Origin: Escherichia coli
GTDB lineage: Bacteria; Pseudomonadota; Gammaproteobacteria; Enterobacterales; Enterobacteriaceae
Length of the DNA: 64,000 nucleotides
Reading direction: 5' to 3' (one strand)
Assembly (NCBI RefSeq): GCF_003334765.1
Contig: NZ_QOWT01000016.1
Positions 1-10,072 of the stretch are shown one piece after another. The position numbers were made by a program, and so were the translations under genes. The notes beneath the pieces were generated by a model. It was not told the origin of the DNA, searched no databases, and saw only the letters and a program-made list of their open reading frames with translations. Each line of letters opens with the position of its first letter. Position 1 is the first letter of the stretch.

Positions 1-110
1 TTTTTCGTCTTGCGACGTTAAGAATCCGTATCTTCGAGTGCCCACACAGATTGTCTGATAAATTGTTAAAGAGCAGTTGCGACGCGGCTTTCAGCCCACT
101 GTCGCGAGGT
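1..110 (-). promoter_or_regulatory. rRNA operon leader with boxA antitermination element (TGCTCTTTAACAA at about 63-75); 16S gene lies beyond the window start
   Basis: Minus strand reads CTGCTCTTTAACAATTTATCAGACAATCTGTGTGGGCACTCGAAGATACGGATTCTTAACGTCGCAAGACGAAAAA, matching the rrn leader/boxA sequence. Confidence 0.85.
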
Positions 111-115
111 GGCGT

Positions 116-143
116 ATATTACGCTTTCCTCTTTCAGAGTCAA
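116..143 (-). promoter_or_regulatory. rrnHp2: rRNA operon P2 promoter (-35 TTGACT, -10 TAATAT)
   Basis: Minus strand reads gggTTGACTctgaaagaggaaagcgTAATATacgccacc; position and sequence match rrn P2 promoters. Confidence 0.75.
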
Positions 144-225
144 CCCTGAATTTCAGGATTTTTCTCTTCAACCGAACCGGCTGTTTGTGTGAAGTGATTC
201 ACATCCGCCGTGTCGATGGAGGCGC

Positions 226-253
226 ATTATAGGGAGTCGGCTCAGGAAGACAA
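226..253 (-). promoter_or_regulatory. rrnHp1: rRNA operon P1 promoter (rrnH-like); -35 TTGTCT, -10 TATAAT, GC-rich discriminator GCGCCTCC
   Basis: Minus strand reads cTTGTCTtcctgagccgactcccTATAATgcgcctcc, the classic rrn P1 architecture with a 16-bp spacer; A/T-rich UP-like sequence lies just upstream. Confidence 0.8.
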
Positions 254-293
254 GCGGAAAAATGCATTTTTATTTCAACCGCTCATCTTTTAA

Positions 294-869
294 TCATTGT
301 GCCGGTTTTTGCTGCTTTTTTATCGCTTGCGGCAGGTCTGCCAGGCTATTTAACACCCAATCCGCCGCGTTTTCTGCTTCAGGCGTAATAGGTTTACCCG
401 TACGCACCAGCACTTTTGTTCCCACGTTCGCCGCAACCGCTGCCTGCATATCTTCTAATTTATCGCCCACCATATAAGAAGCGGCCATATCAATATGCAA
501 ATAATCGCGTGCTGACAAAAGCATCCCCGGATGTGGTTTGCGGCAATCGCAGACCTGGCGAAACTCTTCAACACTACCCTGCGGATGATGCGGGCAATAA
601 TAGATACCATCCAGATCGACATCTCGGTCCGCCAGCGACCAGTCCATCCACTCGGTCAGCGTTTCAAACTGTGCTTCGGTAAATTTACCGCGAGCAATGC
701 CAGACTGGTTGGTTACTACCACCAGCGCAAAGCCCATTTTTTTTAGCTCGCGCATGGCGTCAATAACACCGTCGATAAATTCAAAGTTGTCGATCTCATG
801 GACATAGCCGTGATCGACATTAATGGTGCCATCACGGTCAAGAAAAATTGCGGGTACGCTCTTCGCCAC
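294..869 (-). CDS. gmhB: D,D-heptose 1,7-bisphosphate phosphatase (HAD family)
   Basis: 191-aa ORF starting [17 protein letters not shown] with the HAD DxDGT motif; recognised as GmhB. Confidence 0.95.
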
Positions 870-1056
870 CTTTTATAGCTCCTTAATAAGGCATGTGACG
901 CTAGTATCGCATGTTTCGACCTGCAAGAAAGTGCTCTTCGCATAAACCTGATTGATTTAGACGTCTGGATGCCTTAACATCCATTTCATTGACGGCGTTG
1001 CCCGTTTCAGGCATTCGAGATGCCACGACTAACTTAATGACGATAATAAATAATCA

Positions 1057-2088
1057 ATGATAAAACTTTCGAATATCACCAAAGTGTTCCACCAGGGCAC
1101 CCGCACCATCCAGGCGTTGAACAACGTCAGCCTGCATGTGCCAGCTGGACAAATTTATGGCGTTATCGGTGCCTCAGGCGCGGGTAAGAGTACGCTTATA
1201 CGTTGTGTAAACCTGCTGGAGCGCCCAACCGAGGGTAGCGTGCTGGTCGATGGCCAGGAACTGACCACGCTGTCAGAATCCGAGTTGACCAAAGCTCGCC
1301 GCCAGATTGGTATGATTTTCCAGCATTTTAACCTGCTCTCTTCGCGTACTGTTTTTGGCAACGTGGCTCTGCCGCTGGAGCTGGACAACACACCGAAAGA
1401 CGAGGTCAAACGTCGCGTGACGGAATTGCTGTCATTGGTTGGTCTTGGCGATAAGCATGATAGCTACCCGTCGAATCTTTCCGGTGGGCAGAAACAACGT
1501 GTGGCAATTGCCCGTGCGTTAGCCAGCAATCCCAAAGTATTGCTGTGTGATGAAGCCACCAGCGCGCTGGACCCGGCAACGACACGTTCTATTCTCGAAC
1601 TGCTGAAAGACATCAACCGCCGTCTGGGGTTGACGATTCTGTTGATCACCCACGAAATGGACGTTGTGAAGCGCATTTGTGATTGCGTGGCGGTCATCAG
1701 CAATGGAGAACTGATCGAGCAGGACACGGTAAGTGAAGTGTTCTCGCATCCGAAAACGCCGCTGGCGCAGAAGTTTATTCAGTCGACCCTGCATCTGGAT
1801 ATCCCGGAAGATTACCAGGAACGTCTGCAAGCGGAGCCATTTACTGACTGCGTGCCGATGCTGCGTCTGGAGTTTACCGGTCAATCGGTCGATGCCCCAC
1901 TGCTTTCTGAAACCGCGCGTCGTTTCAACGTCAACAACAACATTATTAGCGCGCAGATGGATTACGCCGGTGGCGTTAAGTTCGGCATCATGCTGACTGA
2001 AATGCACGGCACACAACAAGATACGCAAGCCGCCATTGCCTGGCTGCAGGAACACCATGTAAAAGTAGAGGTACTGGGTTATGTCTGA
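1057..2088 (+). CDS. metN: methionine ABC transporter ATP-binding protein
   Basis: 343-aa ORF with Walker [10 protein letters not shown] and ABC signature LSGGQKQR; 8-nt overlap with metI. Confidence 0.95.
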   Translation: MIKLSNITKVFHQGTRTIQALNNVSLHVPAGQIYGVIGASGAGKSTLIRCVNLLERPTEGSVLVDGQELTTLSESELTKARRQIGMIFQHFNLLSSRTVFGNVALPLELDNTPKDEVKRRVTELLSLVGLGDKHDSYPSNLSGGQKQRVAIARALASNPKVLLCDEATSALDPATTRSILELLKDINRRLGLTILLITHEMDVVKRICDCVAVISNGELIEQDTVSEVFSHPKTPLAQKFIQSTLHLDIPEDYQERLQAEPFTDCVPMLRLEFTGQSVDAPLLSETARRFNVNNNIISAQMDYAGGVKFGIMLTEMHGTQQDTQAAIAWLQEHHVKVEVLGYV

Positions 2089-2734
2089 GCCGATGATGTG
2101 GCTGCTGGTTCGTGGCGTATGGGAAACGCTGGCAATGACCTTCGTATCCGGTTTTTTTGGCTTTGTGATTGGTCTGCCGGTTGGCGTTCTGCTTTATGTC
2201 ACGCGTCCGGGGCAAATTATTGCTAACGCGAAGCTGTATCGTACCGTTTCTGCGATTGTGAACATTTTCCGTTCCATCCCGTTCATTATCTTGCTTGTAT
2301 GGATGATTCCGTTTACCCGCGTTATTGTCGGTACATCGATTGGTTTGCAGGCAGCGATTGTTCCGTTAACCGTTGGTGCAGCACCGTTTATTGCCCGTAT
2401 GGTCGAGAACGCTCTGCTGGAGATCCCAACCGGGTTAATTGAAGCTTCCCGCGCAATGGGTGCCACGCCGATGCAGATCGTCCGTAAGGTGCTGTTACCG
2501 GAAGCGCTGCCGGGTCTGGTGAATGCGGCAACTATCACCCTGATTACCCTGGTCGGTTATTCCGCGATGGGTGGTGCAGTCGGTGCCGGTGGTTTAGGTC
2601 AGATTGGCTATCAGTATGGCTACATCGGCTATAACGCGACGGTGATGAATACGGTACTGGTATTGCTGGTCATTCTGGTTTATTTAATTCAGTTCGCAGG
2701 CGACCGCATCGTCCGGGCTGTCACTCGCAAGTAA
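2081..2734 (+). CDS. metI: methionine ABC transporter permease
   Basis: 217-aa hydrophobic ORF; recognised MetI sequence; operon context. Confidence 0.95.
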   Translation: MSEPMMWLLVRGVWETLAMTFVSGFFGFVIGLPVGVLLYVTRPGQIIANAKLYRTVSAIVNIFRSIPFIILLVWMIPFTRVIVGTSIGLQAAIVPLTVGAAPFIARMVENALLEIPTGLIEASRAMGATPMQIVRKVLLPEALPGLVNAATITLITLVGYSAMGGAVGAGGLGQIGYQYGYIGYNATVMNTVLVLLVILVYLIQFAGDRIVRAVTRK

Positions 2735-2773
2735 CGTTCAACACAACATAAATAATTGAAGAAGGAATAAGGT

Positions 2774-3589
2774 ATGGCGTTCAAATTCAAAACCTTTGCG
2801 GCAGTGGGAGCCCTGATCGGATCACTGGCACTGGTAGGCTGCGGTCAGGATGAAAAAGATCCAAACCACATTAAAGTCGGCGTGATTGTTGGTGCCGAAC
2901 AGCAGGTTGCAGAAGTCGCGCAGAAAGTTGCGAAAGACAAATATGGCCTGGACGTTGAGCTGGTAACCTTCAACGACTATGTTCTGCCAAACGAAGCATT
3001 GAGCAAAGGCGATATCGACGCCAACGCCTTCCAGCATAAACCGTACCTTGATCAGCAACTGAAAGATCGTGGCTACAAACTGGTCGCAGTAGGCAACACT
3101 TTTGTTTATCCGATTGCTGGTTACTCCAAGAAAATCAAATCACTGGATGAACTGCAGGATGGTTCGCAGGTTGCCGTGCCAAACGACCCAACTAACCTTG
3201 GTCGTTCACTGCTGCTGCTGCAAAAAGTGGGCTTGATCAAACTGAAAGATGGCGTTGGCCTGCTGCCGACCGTTCTTGATGTTGTTGAGAACCCCAAAAA
3301 TCTGAAAATTGTTGAACTGGAAGCACCGCAACTGCCGCGTTCTCTGGACGACGCGCAAATCGCTCTGGCAGTTATCAATACCACCTATGCCAGCCAGATT
3401 GGCCTGACTCCGGCGAAAGACGGTATCTTTGTTGAAGATAAAGAGTCCCCGTACGTAAACCTGATCGTGACGCGTGAAGATAACAAAGACGCCGAGAACG
3501 TGAAGAAATTCGTCCAGGCTTATCAGTCTGACGAAGTTTACGAAGCAGCAAACAAAGTGTTTAACGGCGGAGCTGTTAAAGGCTGGTAA
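2774..3589 (+). CDS. metQ: methionine-binding lipoprotein of the ABC transporter
   Basis: 271-aa ORF with lipoprotein signal ending LALVGC; recognised MetQ. Confidence 0.95.
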   Translation: MAFKFKTFAAVGALIGSLALVGCGQDEKDPNHIKVGVIVGAEQQVAEVAQKVAKDKYGLDVELVTFNDYVLPNEALSKGDIDANAFQHKPYLDQQLKDRGYKLVAVGNTFVYPIAGYSKKIKSLDELQDGSQVAVPNDPTNLGRSLLLLQKVGLIKLKDGVGLLPTVLDVVENPKNLKIVELEAPQLPRSLDDAQIALAVINTTYASQIGLTPAKDGIFVEDKESPYVNLIVTREDNKDAENVKKFVQAYQSDEVYEAANKVFNGGAVKGW

Positions 3590-3706
3590 TTTTTAGGCTG
3601 TTTCCACAATTTGTAATATCATTCAGGACGGGCGCTTGCCCGTCTTGTCATTTTTACAAGCTCCTGATTCAATATTGACGTTTTGATCATACATTGAGGA
3701 AATACT

Positions 3707-4111
3707 ATGCGTGCTTTACCGATCTGTTTAGTAGCACTCATGCTAAGCGGCTGTTCCATGTTAAGCAGATCCCCTGTCGAACCCGTTCAAAGCACTGCAC
3801 CCCAGCCGAAAGCGGAGCCTGCAAAACCGAAAGCGCCGCGCGCCACGCCGGTCCGAATTTATACCAATGCAGAAGAATTAGTCGGCAAACCGTTCCGCGA
3901 TCTCGGTGAAGTCAGTGGCGACTCTTGCCAGGCCTCTAATCAGGACTCTCCGCCGAGCATTCCAACCGCACGTAAGCGGATGCAAATCAACGCCTCTAAA
4001 ATGAAAGCCAATGCTGTATTACTGCATAGCTGCGAAGTCACCAGCGGTACGCCAGGCTGCTATCGTCAGGCTGTATGTATCGGTTCTGCGCTTAACATTA
4101 CGGCGAAATGA
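3707..4111 (+). CDS. rcsF: outer-membrane lipoprotein sensor of the Rcs phosphorelay
   Basis: 134-aa ORF with lipobox LMLSGC and Pro-rich linker; recognised RcsF. Confidence 0.95.
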   Translation: MRALPICLVALMLSGCSMLSRSPVEPVQSTAPQPKAEPAKPKAPRATPVRIYTNAEELVGKPFRDLGEVSGDSCQASNQDSPPSIPTARKRMQINASKMKANAVLLHSCEVTSGTPGCYRQAVCIGSALNITAK

Positions 4112-4815
4112 GCAGTTTCCAGTTCGAGCAAATAGGCGTTATTCGCTCGCCCTATAAAGAAAAGTTCGCCGTTCCGCGCCAGCCAGGTCTGGTAAAAAGC
4201 GCCAACGGCGAACTGCATCTCATTGCTCCCTACAACCAGGCCGACGCCGTTCGCGGCCTGGAAGCGTTCAGCCATTTATGGATCCTTTTCGTCTTTCATC
4301 AAACGATGGAAGGCGGCTGGCGTCCGACTGTGCGTCCACCGCGCCTCGGCGGTAACGCCAGAATGGGGGTTTTCGCAACACGCTCTACTTTCCGCCCTAA
4401 CCCAATTGGCATGTCGCTGGTAGAGCTGAAAGAGGTTGTTTGCCATAAAGACAGCGTGATTCTGAAGCTCGGCAGTCTGGATCTGGTCGATGGTACGCCG
4501 GTAGTGGATATCAAACCGTATCTCCCCTTTGCCGAATCGCTTCCCGATGCCAGTGCCAGCTATGCGCAAAGTGCGCCAGCTGCAGAGATGGCGGTGAGTT
4601 TTACCGCAGAGGTCGAAAAGCAGCTTTTGACGCTGGAGAAGCGTTATCCGCAGTTAACGCTGTTTATCCGCGAAGTACTGGCGCAGGACCCGCGCCCGGC
4701 CTATCGTAAAGGTGAGGAAACGGGCAAAACCTATGCCGTCTGGCTACATGATTTTAACGTTCGCTGGCGCGTCACCGACGCAGGTTTTGAAGTCTTTGCG
4801 CTGGAACCGCGTTAA
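4108..4815 (+). CDS. trmO: tRNA (m6t6A37) methyltransferase TrmO (YaeB/TsaA family)
   Basis: 235-aa ORF starting MSSFQFEQIGVIRSPYKEKF; ATGA overlap with the rcsF stop. Confidence 0.9.
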   Translation: MSSFQFEQIGVIRSPYKEKFAVPRQPGLVKSANGELHLIAPYNQADAVRGLEAFSHLWILFVFHQTMEGGWRPTVRPPRLGGNARMGVFATRSTFRPNPIGMSLVELKEVVCHKDSVILKLGSLDLVDGTPVVDIKPYLPFAESLPDASASYAQSAPAAEMAVSFTAEVEKQLLTLEKRYPQLTLFIREVLAQDPRPAYRKGEETGKTYAVWLHDFNVRWRVTDAGFEVFALEPR

Positions 4816-4926
4816 ATTCACGCCCTTCTCTTTTGACATTTCTTTTGCACTGGTAAACTAAATCACTTTTTTTTGTCCCAGGCTCGCCTTGAGCCTGTTC
4901 TACCTTCCAACTGGAACCGTAACAAC

Positions 4927-6645
4927 ATGCGTACTAGCCAATACCTGCTCTCCACTCTCAAGGAGACACCTGCCGACGCCGAGGTGATCAGCCATCAGCT
5001 GATGCTGCGCGCCGGGATGATCCGCAAGCTGGCCTCCGGGTTATATACCTGGCTGCCGACCGGCGTGCGCGTTCTGAAAAAAGTCGAAAACATCGTGCGT
5101 GAAGAGATGAACAACGCCGGTGCGATCGAGGTGTCGATGCCGGTGGTTCAGCCAGCCGATTTGTGGCAAGAGAGTGGTCGTTGGGAACAGTACGGTCCGG
5201 AACTGCTGCGTTTTGTTGACCGTGGCGAGCGTCCGTTCGTACTCGGCCCAACTCATGAAGAAGTTATCACTGACCTGATTCGTAACGAGCTTAGCTCTTA
5301 CAAACAGCTGCCGCTGAACTTCTATCAGATCCAGACCAAGTTCCGCGACGAAGTGCGTCCGCGTTTCGGCGTCATGCGTTCCCGCGAATTCCTGATGAAA
5401 GATGCTTACTCTTTCCATACTTCTCAGGAATCCCTGCAGGAAACCTACGATGCAATGTATGCGGCCTACAGCAAAATCTTCAGCCGCATGGGGCTGGATT
5501 TCCGCGCCGTACAAGCCGACACCGGTTCTATCGGCGGCAGCGCCTCTCACGAATTCCAGGTGCTGGCGCAGAGCGGTGAAGACGATGTGGTCTTCTCCGA
5601 CACCTCTGACTATGCAGCGAACATTGAACTGGCAGAAGCTATCGCGCCGAAAGAACCGCGCGCTGCTGCTACCCAGGAAATGACGCTGGTTGATACGCCG
5701 AACGCGAAAACCATCGCGGAACTGGTTGAACAGTTCAATCTGCCGATTGAGAAAACGGTTAAGACTCTGCTGGTTAAAGCGGTTGAAGGCAGCAGCTTCC
5801 CGCTGGTTGCGCTGCTGGTGCGCGGTGATCACGAGCTGAACGAAGTTAAAGCAGAAAAACTGCCGCAGGTTGCAAGCCCGCTGACTTTCGCGACCGAAGA
5901 AGAAATTCGTGCCGTGGTTAAAGCCGGTCCGGGTTCACTGGGTCCGGTAAACATGCCGATTCCGGTGGTGATTGACCGTACCGTTGCGGCGATGAGTGAT
6001 TTCGCTGCTGGTGCTAACATCGATGGTAAACACTACTTCGGCATCAACTGGGATCGCGATGTCGCTACCCCGGAAGTTGCAGATATCCGTAACGTGGTGG
6101 CTGGCGATCCAAGCCCGGATGGCCAGGGTACGCTGCTGATCAAACGTGGTATCGAAGTTGGTCACATCTTCCAGCTGGGTACCAAGTACTCCGAAGCACT
6201 GAAAGCCTCCGTACAGGGTGAAGATGGCCGTAACCAAATCCTGACGATGGGTTGCTACGGTATCGGGGTAACGCGTGTGGTAGCTGCGGCGATTGAGCAG
6301 AACTACGACGAACGAGGCATCGTATGGCCTGACGCTATCGCGCCGTTCCAGGTGGCGATTCTGCCGATGAACATGCACAAATCCTTCCGCGTACAAGAGC
6401 TTGCTGAGAAACTGTACAGCGAACTGCGTGCACAAGGTATCGAAGTGCTGCTGGATGACCGCAAAGAGCGTCCGGGCGTGATGTTTGCTGATATGGAACT
6501 GATCGGTATTCCGCACACTATTGTGCTGGGCGACCGTAACCTCGACAACGACGATATCGAATATAAATATCGTCGCAACGGCGAGAAACAGTTAATTAAG
6601 ACTGGTGACATCGTCGAATATCTGGTGAAACAGATTAAAGGCTGA
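4927..6645 (+). CDS. proS: prolyl-tRNA synthetase
   Basis: Recognised ProS N-terminus [20 protein letters not shown] at the ATG at 4927 (572 aa); the ORF-track upstream extension begins at a TTG and was not used. Confidence 0.95.
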
Positions 6646-6651
6646 TGCCAG

Positions 6652-6682
6652 AAAGGGTCCTGAATTTCAGGGCCCTTTTTTT
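6652..6682 (+). terminator. Rho-independent terminator downstream of proS
   Basis: GC-rich hairpin aaagggtcctgaaTTTCAgggccc followed by TTTTTTT immediately after the proS stop. Confidence 0.8.
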
Positions 6683-6698
6683 ACATGGATTGTATAAA

Positions 6699-7523
6699 AT
6701 GGATAAACCAAAGGCGTACTGCCGCCTGTTTCTCCCCAGCTTTCTTTTACTTTCGGCTTGTACCGTTGATATCAGCCAGCCAGACCCATCAGCCACAGCA
6801 GTAGATGCCGAGGCAAAAACATGGGCTGTCAAATTCCAGCATCAAAGCTCTTTCACCGAACAATCAATAAAAGAAATAACGGCACCTGATCTCAAACCCG
6901 GCGATTTGCTGTTCTCCTCAAGCCTTGGGGTAACCTCATTTGGAATCCGCGTCTTCAGCACTTCCTCTGTGAGTCACGTTGCAATCTTTCTGGGTGATAA
7001 TAACGTTGCAGAAGCGACAGGCGCTGGCGTCCAGATCGTTTCCCTTAAAAAAGCGATGAAGCATAGTGATAAGCTTTTCGTCTTACGAGTCCCGGATCTT
7101 ACCCCGCAACAAGCCACAGATATCACCGCGTTTGCCAATAAAATCAAAGATAGCGGTTATAACTATCGCGGCATTGTCGAATTTATTCCCTTTATGGTGA
7201 CTCGCCAGATGTGCTCACTGAATCCGTTCTCCGAGGATTTTCGCCAACAGTGCGTCAGCGGCCTGGCGAAAGCGCAGTTAAGCAGTGTGGGCGAAGGAGA
7301 CAAAAAGTCGTGGTTTTGTTCGGAATTTGTCACGGATGCCTTTGCCAAAGCCGGGCATCCACTTACACTGGCGCAATCGGGCTGGATTAGCCCTGCCGAT
7401 CTGATGCATATGCGTATTGGTGATGTCTCTGCGTTTAAGCCAGAAACGCAGTTACAGTATGTTGGGCACCTGAAGCCTGGGATTTATATCAAGGCGGGTC
7501 GCTTTGTTGGTTTGACCCGGTGA
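6699..7523 (+). CDS. yaeF: putative lipoprotein, permuted NlpC/P60 (papain-like) family, YaeF
   Basis: 274-aa ORF from the ATG after the proS terminator (MDKPKAYCRLFLPSFLLLSACT signal/lipobox); contains a Cys in WFCSEFV typical of NlpC/P60-type catalytic sites. Confidence 0.85.
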   Translation: MDKPKAYCRLFLPSFLLLSACTVDISQPDPSATAVDAEAKTWAVKFQHQSSFTEQSIKEITAPDLKPGDLLFSSSLGVTSFGIRVFSTSSVSHVAIFLGDNNVAEATGAGVQIVSLKKAMKHSDKLFVLRVPDLTPQQATDITAFANKIKDSGYNYRGIVEFIPFMVTRQMCSLNPFSEDFRQQCVSGLAKAQLSSVGEGDKKSWFCSEFVTDAFAKAGHPLTLAQSGWISPADLMHMRIGDVSAFKPETQLQYVGHLKPGIYIKAGRFVGLTR

Positions 7524-7529
7524 TAAAGT

Positions 7530-7650
<121 letters not shown>

Positions 7651-7722
7651 AAACGTGCAAATTCAAAATGTTGAAATATATCCTTCTGGCCTGTTTTGCG
7701 TTTGTTTCTGTCTCAAGACGGG

Positions 7723-8433
7723 TTACTGCCCCAAACTACTGCAATCCTGGTTGGGGTAAAATTTCCCTGCCGTATCGGGTGCCAATACTTTAGTCGGCGC
7801 ACCGGTATCCGGATTACCCTCAAGCGTAAAGTGACCTTCTACTGACAGTAACACCGGTTTTTCACTGTGACCGCGCGCAGCCAGGTAGCTACGCTCCAGC
7901 TCTGCGTTATTCGCTACCATGAAACGTTTTCCGGTCGCGCAATCAGTGAAGGTCGCCGCATCAGCCATATAAAAATACATGCCCCGCAGGGTCATCGGCG
8001 TCATAGGTAAACTGGATTGTGCCGCTTCCAGCGTATAGTTGAACTGCGATTCAATCGGATTGCCTTCACGATCGAGCATCTCCAGCGCATCGCCTTTCGC
8101 CCGATAATATGACTTTTCACCTTTGCTGTCGGTTAATACCAGCTTGTCAGCGGTTCGCGCCCATGTACCGTAGGAAGCGAAGGAGGAAGGTTCTTCACGA
8201 GCACCGAGATAACGCTCATTCATCACCCATGTTCCGTCTTTTTCGAGGAACAGAGAGGTTTCGATTCCTTCGCAATCGGCACACGGCAGCACGCCGCGCC
8301 AACTTTGCGGCATCGGTTTCAGTTCGGCAGCCTGCGCCGGAGAAAGCGTATCGACTTCGGCCCGATTATTACATCCCATCAGAGTAAAGAGGCTGATTAC
8401 AGCCATCGCTGTCACTATCGCTTTTTTCACCAT
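7723..8433 (-). CDS. nlpE: outer-membrane lipoprotein NlpE (CutF), activator of the Cpx envelope stress response
   Basis: 236-aa ORF with lipobox LMGC and CxxC motif; recognised NlpE. Confidence 0.95.
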   Translation of the reverse strand: MVKKAIVTAMAVISLFTLMGCNNRAEVDTLSPAQAAELKPMPQSWRGVLPCADCEGIETSLFLEKDGTWVMNERYLGAREEPSSFASYGTWARTADKLVLTDSKGEKSYYRAKGDALEMLDREGNPIESQFNYTLEAAQSSLPMTPMTLRGMYFYMADAATFTDCATGKRFMVANNAELERSYLAARGHSEKPVLLSVEGHFTLEGNPDTGAPTKVLAPDTAGKFYPNQDCSSLGQ

Positions 8434-8446
8434 CCATTCCTTCTTT

Positions 8447-8869
8447 TTATTCCCGACCGCTGCGCACTTTGCCGCGCATCGCCTTCACGCTTGATTTTTG
8501 TGCTTTCGATGCCAGCCTGCGCTCTTTCGATGCACGGGTGGGCCGCGTGGGTCGTCGGGCTTTTTTTTCTGTTGTTAATTCTTTAATCATAGCCACCAGC
8601 CGGGCCAGAGCTGCTTCGCGGTTCAGTTCCTGACTGCGGTATTCCTGTGCCTTAATGACAATCACGCCATCACTGCTGATCAAATGATGGCTGGCGGCGA
8701 GCAGACGCTCTTTGTAATACTCTGGCAGGCTGGACGCCCGAATGTCAAAACGCAGATGAATAGCCGTTGAGGTCTTATTAACATGCTGCCCGCCCGCGCC
8801 CTGCGCACGAATGGCGGTGATCTCAAGCTCACCATCGGGAATAGCAACATGTCGGGAAATCACAATCAT
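8447..8869 (-). CDS. arfB: peptidyl-tRNA hydrolase / alternative ribosome-rescue factor B
   Basis: 140-aa ORF with GGQ motif ([12 protein letters not shown]) and basic C-terminal tail; recognised ArfB (YaeJ). Confidence 0.95.
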
Positions 8870-9411
8870 GAAGGTTGTTGCCAGGCGGTTAAGTTCACTT
8901 CCAGATTATTCTTATCATCCGATAACCAGATCACGCCATCCTGAATCGTTGCCTGCAGCGTCATGGTACGATCGGCAAAGGCGCTTACTTTCGCCAGTTG
9001 TTCATCGTCCAGATACCAGACGGAAAGATTGGCAAACTGCACACATTTGCTCTGATTTTGCTGCCACCAGATTTGCGCCGCCCGACTATTATAGGTAAAC
9101 AGCGCCACTTCTGCGGCCTGGGTGCAGGCTTTCTTAATCCGCCGCTCATCCGGCAGCCCCAGCTCAATCCACAAATCAATGCCCAGGTGATCGTTACGCA
9201 GCCACGCTTCCGGCTCATCATCGGCACACAAACCACGGGTAAATTGCAGACGTTCATCAGCATATTTCAGCCACGCCAGCAAGCGCAGCATCATACGCTC
9301 CTGGGTTTCTGAAGGATGGCGCGCCAGCGTCAGAGAGGCATCGAGAAACTGGTTGCGGTCGAGATCGGCCACATTAACCGTCGCTTTATAAATTGTCGCT
9401 TTAAGCGCCAT
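8866..9411 (-). CDS. yaeQ: YaeQ family protein (uncharacterised)
   Basis: 181-aa ORF starting [18 protein letters not shown]; its stop overlaps the arfB start by 4 nt. Confidence 0.9.
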
Positions 9412-9576
9412 AAGAAAACTCCTTTCGAATCAGGAGGCCATTGTAACGGAATACGTGCAGTTGCGGCGCTGATATTGCAGAAATGAGTGTGGTATAGTCA
9501 CCTTGCGAAACAGAGTTTATCTTCGTAGGCTTAGACTTGCATCCACGGTTAAGTCAGAGTGCTGACAGGAGGGCAT

Positions 9577-9777
9577 GTGGAAAAATATTGTGAGTTAATA
9601 CGCAAGCGGTACGCGGAAATCGCCAGCGGAGACTTAGGATACGTTCCGGACGCGCTGGGCTGCGTTTTGAAAGTGCTGAATGAAATGGCTGCCGACGACG
9701 CCCTTTCTGAGGCTGTCAGGGAAAAAGCAGCATACGCTGCGGCAAACTTACTGGTGAGCGATTATGTCAATGAATGA
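9577..9777 (+). CDS. yaeP: small protein YaeP (UPF0253 family)
   Basis: 66-aa product [19 protein letters not shown] from a GTG start preceded by SD-like AGGAGGG; the ORF-track start at 9559 is an upstream GTG. Confidence 0.8.
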
Positions 9778-10024
9778 TACGTATCAACCAATCAATTGTG
9801 ATGATTACGATAATCTTGAGCTCGCCTGCCAGCATCATTTAATGCTGACACTTGAGCTGAAAGATGGCGAAAAATTGCAGGCAAAAGCCAGTGATTTAGT
9901 CTCCCGCAAAAATGTGGAGTACCTGGTCGTCGAGGCCGCTGGCGAAACCCGCGAGCTGCGTCTGGATAAAATTACCAGCTTTAGCCACCCGGAAATCGGT
10001 ACGGTGGTGGTAAGCGAATCCTGA
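9770..10024 (+). CDS. rof: Rho-binding antiterminator Rof (YaeO)
   Basis: 84-aa product [21 protein letters not shown]; an in-frame ATG at 9764 is an alternative start; overlaps the yaeP 3' end. Confidence 0.9.
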
Positions 10025-10072
10025 TTGACTTTCGCCGGATGCGACGTTTGATGCGTCTTATCCGGCTTTCAC

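Noticed and set aside
262-477. 71-aa plus-strand ORF overlapping the gmhB 3' end and the rrn P1 promoter
   Set aside because: It lies antisense to gmhB and across a promoter, with no Shine-Dalgarno sequence; a shadow ORF.
1519-2058. 179-aa minus-strand ORF inside metN
   Set aside because: Antisense shadow ORF within a well-supported ABC ATPase gene.
4873-4926. ORF-track upstream extensions of proS (and likewise rseP, rpsB, fhuC, thpR, erpA, btuF, cdaR, mrcB, hrpB, dksA, yaeF, fabZ)
   Set aside because: The extensions start at non-ATG codons or lack a Shine-Dalgarno sequence, and some run through terminators (yaeF) or promoters; the internal starts match recognised N-termini.
5041-5832. 263-aa minus-strand ORF inside proS
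   Set aside because: Antisense to a recognised aminoacyl-tRNA synthetase gene; typical shadow ORF of GC-rich coding DNA.
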